A stretch of DNA of 64,000 nt from Armatimonadota bacterium. Lineage in GTDB: Bacteria; Armatimonadota; HRBIN16. The notes under the pieces were generated by a model. It had not been told where the DNA came from. It did not search any database and saw only the letters and a program-made list of their open reading frames with translations. The DNA is taken from contig OY781964.1 of assembly GCA_963677485.1 (NCBI GenBank), forward strand, positions 1-64,000. Direction: 5' to 3'. Below, in pieces: positions 20,785-31,338 of the stretch (position 1 is the stretch's first letter; every line of letters starts with the position of its first letter). A program made the translations under genes and the position numbers.

Positions 20785-21993
20785 CTATTTAATACTGCCA
20801 ACCAGGGTAAACATCGGCGACATAATCGATATGGCGATAAACCCCACTAATCCACCCATGAAGATGATCAGAGCTGGCTCTATCATTGAGGTCATACCTT
20901 TGATGGCGTTCTCTACCTCTTTTTCGTAGAACTCGCTCACCTTCACCAGCATCTCAGGTAGTCGGCCCGACTCCTCGCCCACGTCTATCATGTGCGCGAC
21001 CATCGATGGGAACAGCCCGGTAGCGGCGATCGGCACGCTTAACTTCTGCCCCTCAAGCACCGAGGTTCGCACCCTTGTTAAAGACGCCTCAATCACCACA
21101 TTGCCCGTTGTCTCACCCACGATCTCAAGACATCGGATTAGTGGTACACCACTGGCGACCAGCACGCCCAAAGTCTTTGTGAAGCGTGAAACCGCCATTT
21201 TCAAAAGCATGTCGCCAACCAATGGTAGCCGCAATTTCACAGTATCGACCTGGAATTGCCCTTTTTTGGTCGAAACAAGCCGTTTGAAAAAGAATATACC
21301 AGCGGCTATCAACATCAAAGGGATATACCAGTATCCTGTCGCGATATCACTTACTGCGAATACAAACTTGGTAGTCGCAGGCATCTCGATATTCATGCCA
21401 GCAAAAATGCCCTTGAAGGTCGGCAGCACAAAAGTAAACATGGCACCCACCAGGACCACTGCAAACACCAGCACCATCACAGGATACATGAGGCTGGCTT
21501 TAATCTTCTGGCGTATTTCAAGGTCCGCCTCAGTAAACTTGGCGACACGCATCAGCACTTGATCTAAAAGACCGCCTACTTCAGCAGCCTTTACCATATT
21601 GACAAACAGATTGCTGAATACCTGTGGGTGTCTGGACATCGACTCGCCTAATGGTAGACCGTTCTCTACATCCTGCGATAGTTGCGTGATGACTTCCTGG
21701 AACGAAGGGTTCTTAGCTTGTACACGAAGGATATCAAGGCTCTTCAATAACGGAATTCCACTATCGATCATCGTAGCGAACTGCCATGCGAACTGCACCA
21801 CTTCCTCAGGCTTGATCTTGGCCTTCATACTGGGCAGCGCAAACCTTGAGCCAGATTTGGATTCCTGAAGGTAAGTGATATACAAACGCTGGCTTTGAAG
21901 CATCTGAGTGGCCGAAGCGAGGGATTCGGCCTCCACTACCCCGTTGATACTTTTACCTTCTGCATCGACCGCTTTATAAGAAAACTTTGCCAT
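20785..21993 (-). CDS. pilC: Type IV pilus platform protein
   Basis: T2SS-F repeats; AAEVGGLLDQVL, VGEESGRL, IEP. Confidence 0.93.
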   Translation of the reverse strand: MAKFSYKAVDAEGKSINGVVEAESLASATQMLQSQRLYITYLQESKSGSRFALPSMKAKIKPEEVVQFAWQFATMIDSGIPLLKSLDILRVQAKNPSFQEVITQLSQDVENGLPLGESMSRHPQVFSNLFVNMVKAAEVGGLLDQVLMRVAKFTEADLEIRQKIKASLMYPVMVLVFAVVLVGAMFTFVLPTFKGIFAGMNIEMPATTKFVFAVSDIATGYWYIPLMLIAAGIFFFKRLVSTKKGQFQVDTVKLRLPLVGDMLLKMAVSRFTKTLGVLVASGVPLIRCLEIVGETTGNVVIEASLTRVRTSVLEGQKLSVPIAATGLFPSMVAHMIDVGEESGRLPEMLVKVSEFYEKEVENAIKGMTSMIEPALIIFMGGLVGFIAISIMSPMFTLVGSIK

Positions 21994-22002
21994 TATATAT
22001 GC

Positions 22003-23235
22003 CTATATCGCACTGATCAGCCGCAGCAGGTTGTCCTTGTCCATACACCGGCCAAGTGCGCCTTCCATATCAATCTTTCGTGCCTTAACCAGTGCGGCCA
22101 ACGAGCTATCCATGGTCTGCATGCCTATCCCTTTGCTGGTTTCCATCATACTGTATATTTGGTGGGTCTTTGCTTCCCTGATCAGGTTGCGTATGGCACT
22201 CGTGGCAACCAGGATCTCTAGTGCAGCGGTACGCCCGCCACCGATCACCGGCACCAATTGCTGCGCCACCACCGCCTGTAGCGTATTCGCCAGCAGCACG
22301 CGTATCTGCTCCTGCTGCTCCGGTGAGAAGACATCAATCACGCGGTCCACCGTTTGTGGAGCATTTCGAGTGTGCAAGGTGCCAAACACGAGGTGACCAG
22401 TTTCGGCCAGCGTCAAAGCCGCCTGGATGGTCTCCAGATCACGCATTTCGCCCAAAAGTATAACGTCAGGGTCTTCTCGCAGGGCTGCTCGTATCGAGTT
22501 ATGGAAACTCTCACTATCGGAACCAATCTCTCGCTGGTTCACCATACTGCACTTGTGCTGATGCACGAACTCTATAGGGTCTTCTATCGTCAGTATATGC
22601 TTATAGGTTTTGCTGTTGATCGCATCTATCATTGCGGCAATCGTGGTAGACTTGCCTGAACCTGTCTGCCCGGTCACCAGTATCAACCCGCTGTGAAGTT
22701 CGGTAAAGCTGCGGATCACTTCTGGCAGCTTCAAGTCTTCAAAGCTTGGGATTTTGGTAGGGATCGCACGCATAGCGCAGCAGATATTGGACTTTTGTTT
22801 GTATAAATTGACTCGAAACCGCCCTGTCGCATCGGTGCCAAAGCTGATGTCAAGCTCTTTTGTGTTCTCAAACTTAGTGACTTGCTCATCACTCAAGGCA
22901 TCATACACGATCCGCTGCAGCAGGTTGTTGTCCAGCACATCCATAGCCATGCTGTATAACACGCCATCGACGCGGAATACGGGAGCCAGACCTGCCGTGA
23001 TGTGTATGTCAGAGGCCTTGATTTTACGAGCGATCAACATCAGGTCTTCGATAGACATGTCATCAACTGGAGGCATCTCAAGGTCAGTCGGTATGGGCAG
23101 GTTATGAGAGCTTAGTGTTTTCACCGCTTCACGATCGGATATCGTATCTATGGGTTTCTGCGCGGGTTTACTTTCTAGCGAATCTAGAGGTTCCAATCCA
23201 TCTATAGAGATCGGACGAAGACCATCATCTGGCAT
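22003..23235 (-). CDS. pilT: Type IV pilus retraction ATPase
   Basis: GQTGSGKS, TIEDPIE, ALREDPD, GHLVFGTLH, AIRNLIRE. Confidence 0.95.
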   Translation of the reverse strand: MPDDGLRPISIDGLEPLDSLESKPAQKPIDTISDREAVKTLSSHNLPIPTDLEMPPVDDMSIEDLMLIARKIKASDIHITAGLAPVFRVDGVLYSMAMDVLDNNLLQRIVYDALSDEQVTKFENTKELDISFGTDATGRFRVNLYKQKSNICCAMRAIPTKIPSFEDLKLPEVIRSFTELHSGLILVTGQTGSGKSTTIAAMIDAINSKTYKHILTIEDPIEFVHQHKCSMVNQREIGSDSESFHNSIRAALREDPDVILLGEMRDLETIQAALTLAETGHLVFGTLHTRNAPQTVDRVIDVFSPEQQEQIRVLLANTLQAVVAQQLVPVIGGGRTAALEILVATSAIRNLIREAKTHQIYSMMETSKGIGMQTMDSSLAALVKARKIDMEGALGRCMDKDNLLRLISAI

Positions 23236-23246
23236 GAAACACTCTC

Positions 23247-24986
23247 CTAATTCGAGTAGATAACACGTATAGATTCGTCTAAGGTTGTCTGGCCCAGCAA
23301 GATTTTTTTGATACCATCTTCACGCATAGATACCATACCTGCATCCTGAGCGGCTCTACGAATAGCGTGTGTGGGTTCGCGGTGCAAGATCATGTTCCGA
23401 ATTTCTTCTGTCACTGGCATTATTTCAAAGACACCGACTCTGCCTTTATACCCCGTGTTCTTGCACTTAAGACAACCCGCCCCGCGATAGAAAGTCGGGG
23501 TACCGCTCATTTCAGTATCGGTGATTGCCATCCGCTTTAACGAAACCGGATCCGGCTGGTATTCCTGCTTGCACTCCGTGCAGATCGAGCGCAGCAGTCT
23601 TTGCGATACTATACCCAATAAAGAACTGGCGATTAGAAAAGGCTCGACTCCCATATCAATCAAACGGGCGACGGCTCCTGGAGCATCATTTGTATGCAAC
23701 GTGCTGAGCACGAGGTGCCCCGTCAGTGCCGCCTCAACAGCGATAATGGCGGTCTCTCTGTCGCGAATTTCACCCACCATGATCACATCAGGGTCTTGCC
23801 TCATCATGGCCCTGAGTCCGGCTGCAAAGGTCATTTCGGCTTTGGGGTTCACATTCACCTGGGTCAATCCCGGCAGGTCATATTCAACTGGATCCTCAAT
23901 GGTCAGGATGTTGTTTAACCCGGTATTCAAACGGCTTAAAGCACTGTATAAAGTGGTGGATTTTCCTGAGCCGGTGGGTCCCGTCACCAGTATGATTCCG
24001 TATGGTCGACTGATCATCGTCTCGAACATATCCATCGTCTCACGGAGCATGCCTAGTTTATGGAAGTCGACAGATATACTGCCCCGGTCAAGAACACGCA
24101 AGACTATTTTTTCGCCGAATATGGACGGCAGCGAATTGACACGCAAGTCATAGTGTTTGTTATCAACCAAAAGGCTGATACGGCCATCCTGAGGCATCCT
24201 CTTCTCCGCGATATCCATGTTCGCCATGATCTTAATACGGCTGGTCAGACATGCCTGGACTGGACGAGGAACAACCATCATATCGCGCATAATGCCATCG
24301 ACGCGGTAGCGCACCCTGACACCCTCTCGGCCTGGCTCAATATGGATGTCGCTAGCCTTTTCGTGAATTGCATCTGCCAGCAGCAGGTTGCTAAGGCGGA
24401 CAACTGGAGCCACAGCCGACAGCTCACGGAGCTGCTCTATGCTCATGTCGTCTTCCTGGTTTCGCAGGATGTTTTCTACATCAACCGAAGCTTCGTCCAG
24501 TTCCTGGACTACTTCGCTCAGCACATGGCTAACCTTCACCTCTTCCCTGAAGGCATTCGCGATCGCCATCATGATTTCTTCTTCTGTGGCGAAAAGAGGG
24601 TCCACCTCTTTACCTGTGATCAACCGCATCTCATCGGTAGCGAAGATATCAAGCGGGTTGACCATCGCCACAGTCATGCGTTTACCCTCTAGTGATATCG
24701 GCGTGGCTTTATATCGGCGCGAAGCTTGTTGCGAAAGAAGACGCGATATGTCAGGTTCAACATTGACTTTCGCGAGATCGACAAAAGGTATACCCCATGC
24801 ATCCGCCAGCACCATCACACGCTGCCGATCGGTCACCATGCCCATTTCCATAAGCACTTTATCGAGTTCAACGACATTCTGAAGCTGTTGTTGTTTTTCG
24901 ATCGCCAGGGTGAGTTGTTCTTGAGTAATGAGCCCTGCCTTCACGAACAGGTACCCCGGTCGCTGACCCAGAGGTAGTGGATCCAT
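23247..24986 (-). CDS. pilB: Type IV pilus extension ATPase, paralog 2
   Basis: MshEN-like N-terminus, ASDIHIEP, GPTGSGKS, RQDPD, CxxC/CxxC. Confidence 0.93.
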   Translation of the reverse strand: MDPLPLGQRPGYLFVKAGLITQEQLTLAIEKQQQLQNVVELDKVLMEMGMVTDRQRVMVLADAWGIPFVDLAKVNVEPDISRLLSQQASRRYKATPISLEGKRMTVAMVNPLDIFATDEMRLITGKEVDPLFATEEEIMMAIANAFREEVKVSHVLSEVVQELDEASVDVENILRNQEDDMSIEQLRELSAVAPVVRLSNLLLADAIHEKASDIHIEPGREGVRVRYRVDGIMRDMMVVPRPVQACLTSRIKIMANMDIAEKRMPQDGRISLLVDNKHYDLRVNSLPSIFGEKIVLRVLDRGSISVDFHKLGMLRETMDMFETMISRPYGIILVTGPTGSGKSTTLYSALSRLNTGLNNILTIEDPVEYDLPGLTQVNVNPKAEMTFAAGLRAMMRQDPDVIMVGEIRDRETAIIAVEAALTGHLVLSTLHTNDAPGAVARLIDMGVEPFLIASSLLGIVSQRLLRSICTECKQEYQPDPVSLKRMAITDTEMSGTPTFYRGAGCLKCKNTGYKGRVGVFEIMPVTEEIRNMILHREPTHAIRRAAQDAGMVSMREDGIKKILLGQTTLDESIRVIYSN

Positions 24987-25305
24987 GTTACAAATACCCT
25001 TTCACTATCGGTGAAATCTGGCAGACGGACTCATTTCGATGCCGTTTGGATGAAAATGTCGTGGGCAACGGAAGACCCTCAGTTGTAGGGAGGACCATTG
25101 AGGTCATCCGCACGATTTCGGGTGACTATTTTGATACCCCGTATTAAGACCACAGCCCACCGTGACGGACGGCAATAACGCCCATCTCCTCCGCCTAACA
25201 AGCAGATCTTAATCCCACTAAACTCATTATATGCTTATGTACCGTCTGTTCAATGGAGAGCACTATCTGCAGTATCTCTGCGAGCTTGGCACGCAAAGAC
25301 GGATA

Positions 25306-27045
25306 CTAACTGGAGTAAATCACCCTTATCGATTCCTCAAGGGTCGTCAAACCAAGCAGAATTTTCTTCACGCCGTCATCACGCATCGTCACCATACCCG
25401 CTGCTTTCGCGGCAGCGCGGATGAGGTGCGAAGGCGCCCGTTGAAGTATCAGATTCCGGATCTCATCAGACATTGGCATCAGCTCAAAAACTCCTATACG
25501 CCCCTTGTATCCTGAGTGTTTGCACTTGACGCACCCTGCCCCCCTGTAAAACTTCTGCGAACTATTCACGACCATGTCGTCAATACCTAGTCTCTTCAAA
25601 GACTCCTGATCCGGTGTATACTCCTCTTTGCACTCACTGCATATCGATCGAAGCAGACGCTGGGAGACCACGCCCAGTAGTGAACTGGCGATCAGGAACG
25701 GCTCTACGCCCATATCGATCATACGTGCGATCGCTCCCGGCGCATCGTTGGTGTGTAGCGTACTTAGCACAAGATGGCCCGTGAGAGCTGCTTCCACCGC
25801 GATGACCGCGGTCTCTTTGTCGCGGATCTCGCCCACCATGATCACATCGGGGTCCTGACGCATCATGGCACGAAGACCCGCAGCAAATGTCATCTCGGCT
25901 TTGGTGTTCACATTCACTTGTGTCAAACCGGGCAGGTCATACTCAATAGGGTCCTCGATGGTGAGGATGTTATTTAGCCCGCTATTTAATCGGCTCAAGG
26001 CACTATAAAGAGTTGTAGACTTCCCCGACCCAGTTGGACCAGTGACAAGGATGAAACCGTAAGGGTGACCGATCATCTTCTCGAACATCATCATGGTTTC
26101 GTTCAGCATACCCAGCTTATTGAAATCGACAGAGATGCTGGTCCTATCCAAAACACGCATCACGATCTTCTCACCAAACAACGATGGAAGGCTGTTGACA
26201 CGAAGATCGTAGTGCTTTCCATCTACCACCAGGCTAATGCGGCCGTCTTGCGGCTGACGTTTTTCGGCGATGTCCATATTCGCCATGATTTTGATACGGC
26301 TGGTAAGGCAGGCCTGCACGGGACGAGGAACCAGCATCATATCGCGCATCATGCCATCCACACGGTAGCGTACGCGTACGTTTTCCCTGCCTGGCTCTAT
26401 GTGGATATCGCTGGCCTTTTCGCGGATAGCATCGGCTAGCAGTAAATTACTCAAGCGGACTACCGGTGCTACGCCCGACAGCTCACGCAGCTGCTCCACG
26501 CTCATCTCATCGTCGGGATCAGACAGGTTTTCATCAAGACTTACTGCCGCTTCGTCGAGTTCCTGCACGACCTCGCTCAGCACATGGCTCACTGGAATCT
26601 GTTCACGATAGATGCTGGCTATTGTTGCCAGTATTTCTTCTTCAGTTCCATACACTGCGTCGATATACCGGCCAGTGACCCGCTGCATCTCATCGGTAGC
26701 ATATACATTCAGAGGGTTAACCATCGCCACGGTTAACTTCATTCCATCGAGTTGAACAGGAACTGCCTTATACCTGCGGCAAACCTGTTGTGGCAGCATT
26801 TTGGCCGTTTCAGGCTCTACATTGATCTTGGTCAGATCGATATAGGGCACGTTCCAGGATTCCGCAACCACAGCCACACGCTGCTGGTCTGTCATCATAC
26901 CCATCTCAATCATGACTTTGTCAAGATCAAGCATGTAGGGCAGATTTTTCTGCTTTTCTATCGCAAGTAATAGTTGCTCTTCAGTGACTAATCCTGCTTT
27001 GACAAACAGTTGACCTGGTTTTTCAACAGATGGTTGTGATGCCAA
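25306..27045 (-). CDS. pilB: Type IV pilus extension ATPase, paralog 1
   Basis: Same motifs and same length (579 aa) as 23247..24986. Confidence 0.93.
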   Translation of the reverse strand: MASQPSVEKPGQLFVKAGLVTEEQLLLAIEKQKNLPYMLDLDKVMIEMGMMTDQQRVAVVAESWNVPYIDLTKINVEPETAKMLPQQVCRRYKAVPVQLDGMKLTVAMVNPLNVYATDEMQRVTGRYIDAVYGTEEEILATIASIYREQIPVSHVLSEVVQELDEAAVSLDENLSDPDDEMSVEQLRELSGVAPVVRLSNLLLADAIREKASDIHIEPGRENVRVRYRVDGMMRDMMLVPRPVQACLTSRIKIMANMDIAEKRQPQDGRISLVVDGKHYDLRVNSLPSLFGEKIVMRVLDRTSISVDFNKLGMLNETMMMFEKMIGHPYGFILVTGPTGSGKSTTLYSALSRLNSGLNNILTIEDPIEYDLPGLTQVNVNTKAEMTFAAGLRAMMRQDPDVIMVGEIRDKETAVIAVEAALTGHLVLSTLHTNDAPGAIARMIDMGVEPFLIASSLLGVVSQRLLRSICSECKEEYTPDQESLKRLGIDDMVVNSSQKFYRGAGCVKCKHSGYKGRIGVFELMPMSDEIRNLILQRAPSHLIRAAAKAAGMVTMRDDGVKKILLGLTTLEESIRVIYSS

Positions 27046-27060
27046 TCTCTATCTAGCCTT

Positions 27061-29523
27061 TCACTTCTGTGGTTCGTCTCCAGGAGCGGTCGCAGTCGGG
27101 AGCTGGTCAGTTGACACCTTACCACCATCATCGACGATCGTTGCCGTCACGAAAACCACCACTTCTGACTTGCTCTTACTACTGCTATCCTGTCGGAACA
27201 GGTATCCAAAAATCGGTAGGTCGCCAAGCAGCGGAATCTTGGTGCTTTTCTTGATGTCGGTCTCTTTGATCAAGCCGCTTAATACTATAGTTTCACCCGA
27301 CTTCACACGCACCGTATTGGAGGTTTGGCGTTTGCTGATGCGGGGTAAAGCCACGCCCTGGGCATTGAGGGTGATATCGGTAATGCTGCTGATTTCCGGC
27401 TCCACCATCAACACGACCTCATCGTTCCCCGCCAGTTTCGCATTGCAAGTGAGCTTTACACCCACCTCAACCTGCTCTGTGGTGATCGTCACGCCGTTGG
27501 TTGTCTGCATGATGGAGCTGATATAACGCAGTGTGTCACCAATGAACAGAGTTGACGGGATGCCCTCCATTGACAGACTCTTGGGGCTCGCCAGCAGCTT
27601 CGCCTTGTTTTTGTCGATCAATGCCTTCAGATGCATATCCAGGCCCAACGGGGTGGCTACAGTTGAGAAAACATCGTTGATTGATGTAGCTGAGTCAAGT
27701 GTGCGCAGGATATTCAACCGTCCATGGTCATCAACCTCCAAATGAGCCGTTGAGCCTGAGTAATCAGGGGCAAATCCAAAGGTGTTATCAAGGCCATCGG
27801 TCAAGTCCACGATCTTCGCTTCAATCATGATCTGAGGCTTAGACACATCCAGTTGGGCAAGCATCTCCATCGCTTTATCGACATCGACACGCGGACCAAG
27901 CAGGATGATGGTATTGGAGGTATCGTCCATGATCTGGGATTTATCGCCACCCGCGGCCGCTTGACTACTTCCGCCGCTGTCAGTAGTGGGTGGGCCAGTC
28001 GGTGCTGCGGTGCCAGGCGCTGTGGTGCCAGGCACGGTCTTGCCACCCACCGCACTGGCAGTTGCTTCTAAATCGATGTCCGTAAACTTGAGCCCGCCTT
28101 CTTTTTCTTTCGAACTGAGTGGACTCTGGGCGTTTCGCGGACCTAGATACACCTTGACAGTTGGCAGCATCCAACCGATGGTAGAGAATAGATCCTGAGC
28201 TTTGGAGTGTCGGACGCGATATATCTTGGTATATATATCTTCCTGTTCTTTTTTATGCAGGCTCTCTAGTTGCTCCACCAGCTTCTTGGCATTATCAACA
28301 TCCTCTTTCGGCCCTATCAATGTCACAAACTGGGTGCTGATCCCACGCATTTTCGATGTTGTGTCATTGAGCATACTCACTTTAACCTTAAGGGCTGGAA
28401 AGGTAGCAGTCAATACATCCTGCATCAGCTTGGCACCTGTACTGCTAAATGGCACCATATCTATAGACGCTGGACCTGTTCCACCCTCTCGAACCTGCTC
28501 TGCGGTGTGGATGAGGTATGTTTTACCATCGAATTGAACCTTGATGCCGTACACCGTAGATATGTAGTCCAGAGCTTCGGCTAAAGTCACGTTCTGCAGA
28601 TTTAGAGATACATCGCCTTTTACGTTGCTCCCCACCACGATATTCGCACCGCTCTGAAGTGCCAAGCTGCGTAATACCGTCGGCAGGTCAGCCTTGGCGA
28701 AGTTCAGACTCAAACGCTGGGCTGATGCGGGTTGTGCAGGAATTGTGGACCTTTGGATAGTCAACGCCTGCCCATCCGACAGCGCGCTTGATCCGGTGGG
28801 AACCGCGCTAACGACCGGTTTTGAAGGTACGACGGTCTGCATAGGGGCAGGTTCAGGGCTAGGCGTGGCCTCTGCTCTGCTCTTGGAGGCCTCTGCTTCG
28901 ACCTTAGCGGGCAGTGTGGCATCGGCCTTCAGGACGGGTACAGGGCTCGTCTGCTGACTGCCAGATGCAACTTCAGCAACATGATTTTCTTTAGCTATCG
29001 GTTTGGCTATCACATTACTAGCTTGCTTCGCTCCCACGGAAGGCTTGTCGGAGGTAATGTCCGCTGCAGGGGTGTCCATCAACTCTGCAGTCGGCTCCAC
29101 TACAGCCGGCTCGTAATCAGCACCGTAGACGGAAAGAATCAGCTCACGCCCACCACTGTTTTCTTTGAGATCATACTTGATGTTACGGCTAAGCCTGACA
29201 CGGATCCGCATGACCGGCGGTTTTGCGCTGTACCACTCTACCGCCACTCTGTAGGCACCAGGCAGCTTAGGGGACGCAAACCGGGCGGTACCATCCATCA
29301 CCGCATCAACGTCAAGTACCGGTGATTTCATCTTGCCGACAGTGGTCAGTTTATGCTTCAGAGCGCTCTGTGACTTAATCACAACAGCGAAATGATCCAG
29401 TTCGTCTATAAAACTGACCTTTGCGCGAGGTGTTTCAGCAGCCCATGCATGAGCTCCCATGATCCACATCGATATGGCGACCAATGCGATCACTATGGAT
29501 GCTCGCTTGTATGGTATGTGCAT
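27061..29523 (-). CDS. pilQ: Secretin (PilQ/GspD family) with AMIN-like N-terminus
   Basis: LSLNF..ADL..VL, PQIMIEAKIV, KIPLLGDLPIFGYLFR. Confidence 0.9.
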   Translation of the reverse strand: MHIPYKRASIVIALVAISMWIMGAHAWAAETPRAKVSFIDELDHFAVVIKSQSALKHKLTTVGKMKSPVLDVDAVMDGTARFASPKLPGAYRVAVEWYSAKPPVMRIRVRLSRNIKYDLKENSGGRELILSVYGADYEPAVVEPTAELMDTPAADITSDKPSVGAKQASNVIAKPIAKENHVAEVASGSQQTSPVPVLKADATLPAKVEAEASKSRAEATPSPEPAPMQTVVPSKPVVSAVPTGSSALSDGQALTIQRSTIPAQPASAQRLSLNFAKADLPTVLRSLALQSGANIVVGSNVKGDVSLNLQNVTLAEALDYISTVYGIKVQFDGKTYLIHTAEQVREGGTGPASIDMVPFSSTGAKLMQDVLTATFPALKVKVSMLNDTTSKMRGISTQFVTLIGPKEDVDNAKKLVEQLESLHKKEQEDIYTKIYRVRHSKAQDLFSTIGWMLPTVKVYLGPRNAQSPLSSKEKEGGLKFTDIDLEATASAVGGKTVPGTTAPGTAAPTGPPTTDSGGSSQAAAGGDKSQIMDDTSNTIILLGPRVDVDKAMEMLAQLDVSKPQIMIEAKIVDLTDGLDNTFGFAPDYSGSTAHLEVDDHGRLNILRTLDSATSINDVFSTVATPLGLDMHLKALIDKNKAKLLASPKSLSMEGIPSTLFIGDTLRYISSIMQTTNGVTITTEQVEVGVKLTCNAKLAGNDEVVLMVEPEISSITDITLNAQGVALPRISKRQTSNTVRVKSGETIVLSGLIKETDIKKSTKIPLLGDLPIFGYLFRQDSSSKSKSEVVVFVTATIVDDGGKVSTDQLPTATAPGDEPQK

Positions 29524-29525
29524 TC

Positions 29526-30122
29526 CTAATCCTCCCCAACGGTCAACGTGTATGATTTGCCTTCTTTGACGAACGTAGCAGATTCGCGTGTCACCGAAAT
29601 GAGCCGTGAACCGTCCGCAGCTTGATCACCTAGAGCGACTTGGTCGCCACCGCCAGCACCTTTGATGATGGCCATCTGATGATCACCAACTATAGTGCCC
29701 AGCAACTTAAATTCTGGCGGTATCTTCACTACCGGTGGTATTGGCGTTTGCACGGGATTACCCTCCACCGAAACAGGTCCGGTATTGTTCGATGGTTTGG
29801 GAAAATCAGGCAGCGGCATCAATCCAGATGGCTTAGGCCCGATATGACCGGGTGTATTTGGTGAATGCGTCTCCATATTAGGAATTTCATCAAACTGCTC
29901 CGGTGTCACAAATGGATCTCTTTCATTGCCAGAAGGCTTAATAAACGGCACCGTAACCGTCACGACACCAGGTTCTGTTTTCTTATGGTCAACTTTAACC
30001 GTGCTTCCAGTCAACACAGGCTTGTTGACACCGGTCTGATAATACACTGCGGCGATCAAGCAGACCGCCAGAAGGAGTAAAATTAAAAGCTGCTTTTGCT
30101 GCTTTGGATCCGATGTATTCAT
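29526..30122 (-). CDS. PilP-like pilus alignment protein
   Basis: TM, RDPF, FKLLGTI..AII; lies between pilO and the secretin. Confidence 0.7.
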   Translation of the reverse strand: MNTSDPKQQKQLLILLLLAVCLIAAVYYQTGVNKPVLTGSTVKVDHKKTEPGVVTVTVPFIKPSGNERDPFVTPEQFDEIPNMETHSPNTPGHIGPKPSGLMPLPDFPKPSNNTGPVSVEGNPVQTPIPPVVKIPPEFKLLGTIVGDHQMAIIKGAGGGDQVALGDQAADGSRLISVTRESATFVKEGKSYTLTVGED

Positions 30123-30733
30123 CGTGCAGCCACCTCATCCCTGTATATGAACGCCGTGAGCGAAATGCTCATATCGACCGTCTGCGGGTCGGCTCTATAC
30201 AGACGAGGCTTTGGGCGTATGTCGACACGCTTCACGTTCACAATCTTTGGAAATCGGGTGAGCCCATCAAGAAACTGCATGCAATCCCAAAATCGGCCAG
30301 ATACAGATAACTGAATGTCTTGTTCGTCATAAAGTTTTTTGGCGGGAGGTGTTGCTTTTGCTGCGTCTGTTCCAGATGGTGCAGGGGCTGCTGGCTTTGC
30401 ATTCTCAAGCCGAACAGAAACGACATTTAGCCGGTACTGTTTCGCGGCGATTTGAAGCTGTTTCAGTAAAGATGGGACATAACTGCGTTCTGTCACCGAT
30501 AATTCCAGGTACCTGAGCTGCCCTTCAGCGGATTTTAAGCGTCGGTTCGCGTCTTCCAGCTTTCTAGCGACCGCTTGCGTCTCCTGAAGTCGGTTATCAA
30601 TTGACATCAATTCAGAATCGACAGATGATTGCATCGTGAAAAGCCAGTAGATACTAGCGACACCCACTACCGCTATGATGGCGCACAATGCCGCGAGGAA
30701 TCGTCGCTCCATTTTGGATGAATAGCTTTTCAC
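30119..30733 (-). CDS. pilO: Type IV pilus alignment protein
   Basis: TM plus coiled coil, VPSLL, L.VSGRF...FL..L.RFPKIVNV. Confidence 0.85.
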   Translation of the reverse strand: MKSYSSKMERRFLAALCAIIAVVGVASIYWLFTMQSSVDSELMSIDNRLQETQAVARKLEDANRRLKSAEGQLRYLELSVTERSYVPSLLKQLQIAAKQYRLNVVSVRLENAKPAAPAPSGTDAAKATPPAKKLYDEQDIQLSVSGRFWDCMQFLDGLTRFPKIVNVKRVDIRPKPRLYRADPQTVDMSISLTAFIYRDEVAAR

Positions 30734-31317
30734 TTCGGTGCCTCGCTTTTTGGAGCATCAGGCATTTGAAGAGGCATCAACTCGCCGCCAATTTCGAAAT
30801 CTACTATTTTGACGTTAGGGGTACTTCGCTGCTGGGTAAAATGCAGCTCCACTTTCGGGAATTTCTGGTTCATCTGCAGCATCATATCGCCCACAAGGCG
30901 TTGTTCCGCAGCAGAACCGGTGATCGTGATCACTGCGGCCTTACCATCGGTGCCGTCAGTGCTGGTCAGTGAGTTCAACCATACATTAGCTGGTAAACTA
31001 CGCGACGCATTCACAATTGCCTCATACCATAACCGTGTGTTATTTTTGGCCATATTGAGCGTGTCAAGCTTTGGTTTCAGAGCCATGATCTGTGTTTCAA
31101 TCTTCTTAACTTCGACCATGCGCGGCTCCATAGATACCAGCGTAGACCGGTTCGCCGCCAACTGTCCAGTTGCCAGGAGCCAGCGCGTTAACATCACACT
31201 AATACCAAGCCCTAGAATCACCAACTCACCAATCAACAGCCAGTATAAAAACCGCTTGTGCGCTTCCTGGCGTCGTAACTGCTCACGCTGGACAACGATA
31301 AGGTTAACGATGGGCAT
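30730..31317 (-). CDS. pilN: Type IV pilus alignment protein
   Basis: N-terminal VNLI, TM, LPANVWLNSL. Confidence 0.85.
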   Translation of the reverse strand: MPIVNLIVVQREQLRRQEAHKRFLYWLLIGELVILGLGISVMLTRWLLATGQLAANRSTLVSMEPRMVEVKKIETQIMALKPKLDTLNMAKNNTRLWYEAIVNASRSLPANVWLNSLTSTDGTDGKAAVITITGSAAEQRLVGDMMLQMNQKFPKVELHFTQQRSTPNVKIVDFEIGGELMPLQMPDAPKSEAPK

Positions 31318-31338
31318 ATAACAACCTCATGGATCCGA

